From NCBI GenBank assembly GCA_010015805.1, contig ML978121.1:3596001-3660000 (forward strand): a stretch of 64,000 bases of DNA, given 5' to 3'. Numbering within the stretch: position 1 is the first letter of the stretch; each line of letters opens with the position of its first letter. Below the pieces are notes generated by a model that saw only the letters and a list, made by a program, of their open reading frames with translations, was not told the origin of the DNA and ran no database searches. The stretch comes from Rhizodiscina lignyota (lineage: Eukaryota). Of this stretch, positions 60,710 through 64,000 are shown piece after piece. Position numbers and translations under genes: made by a program.

Positions 60710-61139
60710 AATGTTCATAATCCATATAGATATGCTGCGTGCATTATTAGAAACTTGACAGGAGCATTGTGCAAATAGCTTCAAGCACTCATTATGGCAG
60801 TCAGTTACTGCAATTTGCTCAGCATCAACGAAAGTTCGAAGACTATGGCAAGAAGTACTAGAACGAGCTTGTCAGAGCTAGCGGTACTTGGTTCGCCCGT
60901 TGGGTGAATAGGTGGGTACAAATCGAGAATTTCCACGCCCATCTACATAGCCTGGCCCGCGATGCAAGCCTCTTTAATATCCCAGTTGTATGATCAAGCG
61001 GGCATACGTGTACGGCATATATACAAGCCACCGCAATCGATTGCAGCAATTCCTGATAGACGGCCCAAGTCGTAAATGGGGTGTACTTCATCAGAGCGAT
61101 GCTAGATCTGCCTGGGTAAGCCGTGGGACGAGCGACCGC

Positions 61140-61500
61140 ACACAATCGATTGAAGCTCGATCGCCACACGCAAGCTAGGAGGCAAGTCAGCGCTTTTAGT
61201 TGAAGCGACACTCGGCCTACTTGTATAACTGCAAGCAGAGTTGTCACAAATAACCAATTTGAAGCCTGCCGTTCATACGGAAATTGTGTGTTGAGGGAGG
61301 AAACGGAACTGAGGTCAAGTTCACGCTACATATACGAATCACAAGCCAGGAGCCCGAATATAATGAAATTGAAGCTCGGCCTCTGTGCAAGACAGGGGGT
61401 AAGGGAGTGCTCTAAATTGAACTGAAACTCAGTCTGTAGGTGCAAGCCGCAAGTTGAGCGCCCGCACATAATCGAATTGAAGGTCGACCTCTGTACGAAA
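61140..61500. repeat. Highly degenerate tandem repeat, period about 51-59 bp
   Basis: TGAAGCTCG-like cores near 61149, 61200, 61258, 61309, 61368, 61422 and 61476; best pair AATTGAAG(c/g)TCG(g/a)CCTCTGT at 61367 and 61475. Confidence 0.45.
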
Positions 61501-62630
61501 GCTAGAGCTCAGTAGCAAGTCAAGTAAACAGCCAAGTGCGCGTATGTACAAGCTCTCTCGAAGAAGGAATACTGCGAAAGTAGGCAAACCTGTGCGAAGT
61601 CTCGCTCACCTTGAAGTACAAGAACTTCTCGCCCTTAGGATTACAGCCTGCCTGGCATCCGTTCTTTTGTCATTGTCGAGCCACCGTAACCGTGAAATTG
61701 GTGGTTTGAGTTGAGAAGAGAAGGAGTCTCGCATCCGAATGATTCGAGGATAAACTGTCAAGAGATAAGACGTCTCGTGAAGCCTGCTGAAGTGAGGATC
61801 GCCCGATCAGCTGCTATCTGCCCCACGATAGGTGCGCTTGGATGCAATTTGCAGTAAGAGCGCAAAAGAGTTGCTGGAGGTGGCTTAGGCTGGAGCATGC
61901 GTGACCGGATTTATGCTGAACGAGTGGAGGCGCACTGCATGCGGCGCGTCACGCGTGGGCCATTCACGCTGCGAGAGCTAGAGGCTCATCCACCCAGCAT
62001 GTGCGAACGTGTCCACGCGGGCACTCCCCAAGCTCTGACGACGCGATTACAGCGGGAGTGGAAATAATCAGACGCGGCTAGCACTCCGGGCGGGTGCTAG
62101 CAATGAAACGGTGCCCGCCGATCGTCCATATCAGGTTGCCGCTTACCCTCGTGGAAAATGGCGAAGATGAGGCTGTTGGGTAGTTGGATGGGCGTGCAGG
62201 CAGAGGGCAGAGGAAAGTGCAGCTGCGTTCCGAGTTCGTGGTTCCCCAGATTTAATTGAGGCGCGCCTACGTCATGCGACAGGCTGCATGTGGCATGTGC
62301 TCAGGGTCCGCACCTGCGCTTCCACACCGTCCATTGTGGCCCTCCATAAGACGAAGCCCGACACCGCCTATCTCATCCCACCACCCAGCTGATATATGTC
62401 CTCATGATTTCCCTACCTTCTTTCACTCCACCGCAGTCGTCCATCGAGAGTCGGCCTCCTATTGCCATTTACGGCTCTCCCCTGTTCCCCTAGACGCCGC
62501 GAACCGACGCCAGCCGCATTCCACGCAAATCTCTGCTGTTAATATCTGGCCCCACGGCCGCCCTTCTACCTTGTCCTTATTACAGCATTACCTCTATCTG
62601 GAGTCCTATTGAACCCTAGACCTTAATATA

Positions 62631-64000
62631 ATGTCGAGATGGAAAGGGCTTCGGGGATCACGCTCTACCCCAGCAGACGAGGAGAAATCGAGGCAAACGT
62701 CAACGGACGACCTGGAGGCCAAGAAGCAGAGGCCACCGAAATGGAGTTTAGGGATTCTGAATGATAAGGAGACAGATGAGGTGCCGGGTAAGTCGGCTTT
62801 TGAAACTATTCTACACTCCTGTTGGAATGCCTTTGTGCGACATTGGGTTGGAGAAAACCCCTTCTCTCCCAACTGGAGGGATTAAGGAGATACTGCAGAT
62901 CGTCGTCTTTTAGGACGTACGTCTTTTGGGACGCACTGCTAATATGGATGAACATTTAGGCTCCATCTTGTTGATGTCAAAGGTTGCAGAGCGTAATGAA
63001 CCTCTTGGTCTCCAACATGTTCAAGCTCGCACCTCCTCCTCGTCCTTGCCTTCGCCATTCCCTCAACTCTCTCGCAGATCTTCGCAGACGTCGACCTACC
63101 GAGTAAAACAAGAGAAGAAAAAGACTCCAGATGGAAAGATAATTCTCGAACCACAGCCAGACGAGTCGCCCAACGACCCGCTCAATTGGCCAGCTTTCCG
63201 GAGAGATTTGGCCCTGCTCTCCCTGGGTCTATACTGCATGGTGGGAGGAGGCATGACGCCAATTCTCGCTGCTGGATTTTCAAATGTTGCAAGCACGTAT
63301 CACATCTCAACAGCCCGCGTATCTCTCACGACCGGTCTGTATATGATGGGATTGGGTATTGGATCTGTCGTTGCGTCACCAACGGCCATTCTCTTCGGAA
63401 AACGACCGGTGTATCTTGTTGGGTCAATTCTGTTCATCCTGAGTGCCGTCTGGTGTGCTTTATCGCCTAATTTCCCCTCACTGATTGTTGCACGCATCTT
63501 CCAAGGCATTGCAGTATCTCCGGTTGAGTGTCTTCCATCCGCAACGGTGGCAGAAATCTTCTTCTTGCACGAGCGAGCATATCGTCTGGGTATTTATACT
63601 CTCCTTTTGCTCGGCGGGAAGAACTTGGTACCACTCGTGAGCGCGGCCATCATCAACTCTCTTGGATGGCGATGGGTCTTCTGGATGGTCGCGATAGTCG
63701 TCGGTCTCTGCGGCGCGCTTCTGTTCCTCTTTGTTCCGGAGACTTTCTGGGATCGAACACCGCGACCCAGAAGGTTCCTGCGTCGACACGATCATGCAAA
63801 TGACAGCCGACACAGCCTCTCCAGAATTTTCTCTATCAGGACGGGACGAGAGAAGAAACGAGTTCCGACAGAAGGAGAGAAGACCCCGGGACCGACACCT
63901 GGGCTGGAGCATGAACATGTGACGCGACATGTCGGATTCGCGGATGGAAGCGCAGACTCGAACAACGCAGATCGCTGGCAGAGGCGAGAGACTTACCCCC
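62631..64000 (+). CDS. MFS transporter, Hol1/DHA1-like; truncated by the window end
   Basis: Exon 62631-62787, intron to 62959, then an open frame to the end: PQPDESPNDPLNWP, FGKRPVYL, EIFFLHERAYRLG, LGWRWVFW, VPETFWDR. Confidence 0.9.

Noticed and set aside
1..64000. tRNA, rRNA, CRISPR arrays and secondary-metabolite backbone genes (PKS/NRPS/terpene synthase)
   Set aside because: None recognised by eye; a tRNAscan-SE or Infernal run would be needed to exclude small RNAs.

Overview
Eukaryotic genomic DNA from a filamentous ascomycete (Pezizomycotina; inferred from short GT-AG introns with CTAAC/CTGAC branch sites and from fungal-specific gene families). I can reconstruct about 24 intron-containing or single-exon genes, no RNA genes, no CRISPR and no recognisable intact transposon. 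Left part: a decayed HET-domain relic, degenerate repeats, a coiled-coil protein that may start at a non-AUG codon, an MCT-type MFS, a DUF3433/SPRAY-like membrane protein, a 97-aa secreted protein with 10 Cys, a tannase/feruloyl esterase, a metallophosphoesterase, a class V PLP enzyme, a tandemly triplicated orphan gene, a sugar porter, a C2H2 transcription factor, a BTB protein and a secreted M20 amidohydrolase. The main candidate for an undescribed system is a compact six-gene cluster at 42828-54535. It holds an MDR reductase, a sugar porter, a TfdA/TauD-like Fe/2-oxoglutarate dioxygenase, a Zn2Cys6 regulator, a DHDPS-family keto-deoxy-sugar-acid aldolase and an enolase-superfamily L-galactonate/L-fuconate-type dehydratase. 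Four of the six genes form two divergent pairs whose promoters share CGGAA half-sites and CreA-type sites. It looks like a regulated non-phosphorylative catabolic pathway for a modified (ether-linked, O-methylated, sulfated or sulfonated) sugar or sugar acid; the substrate is inference. Right part: GH47 mannosidase, a Thr-rich secreted protein, a GFA/CENP-V protein and a truncated Hol1-like MFS. Exon boundaries were read by eye and family calls come from motif recognition, not database searches.
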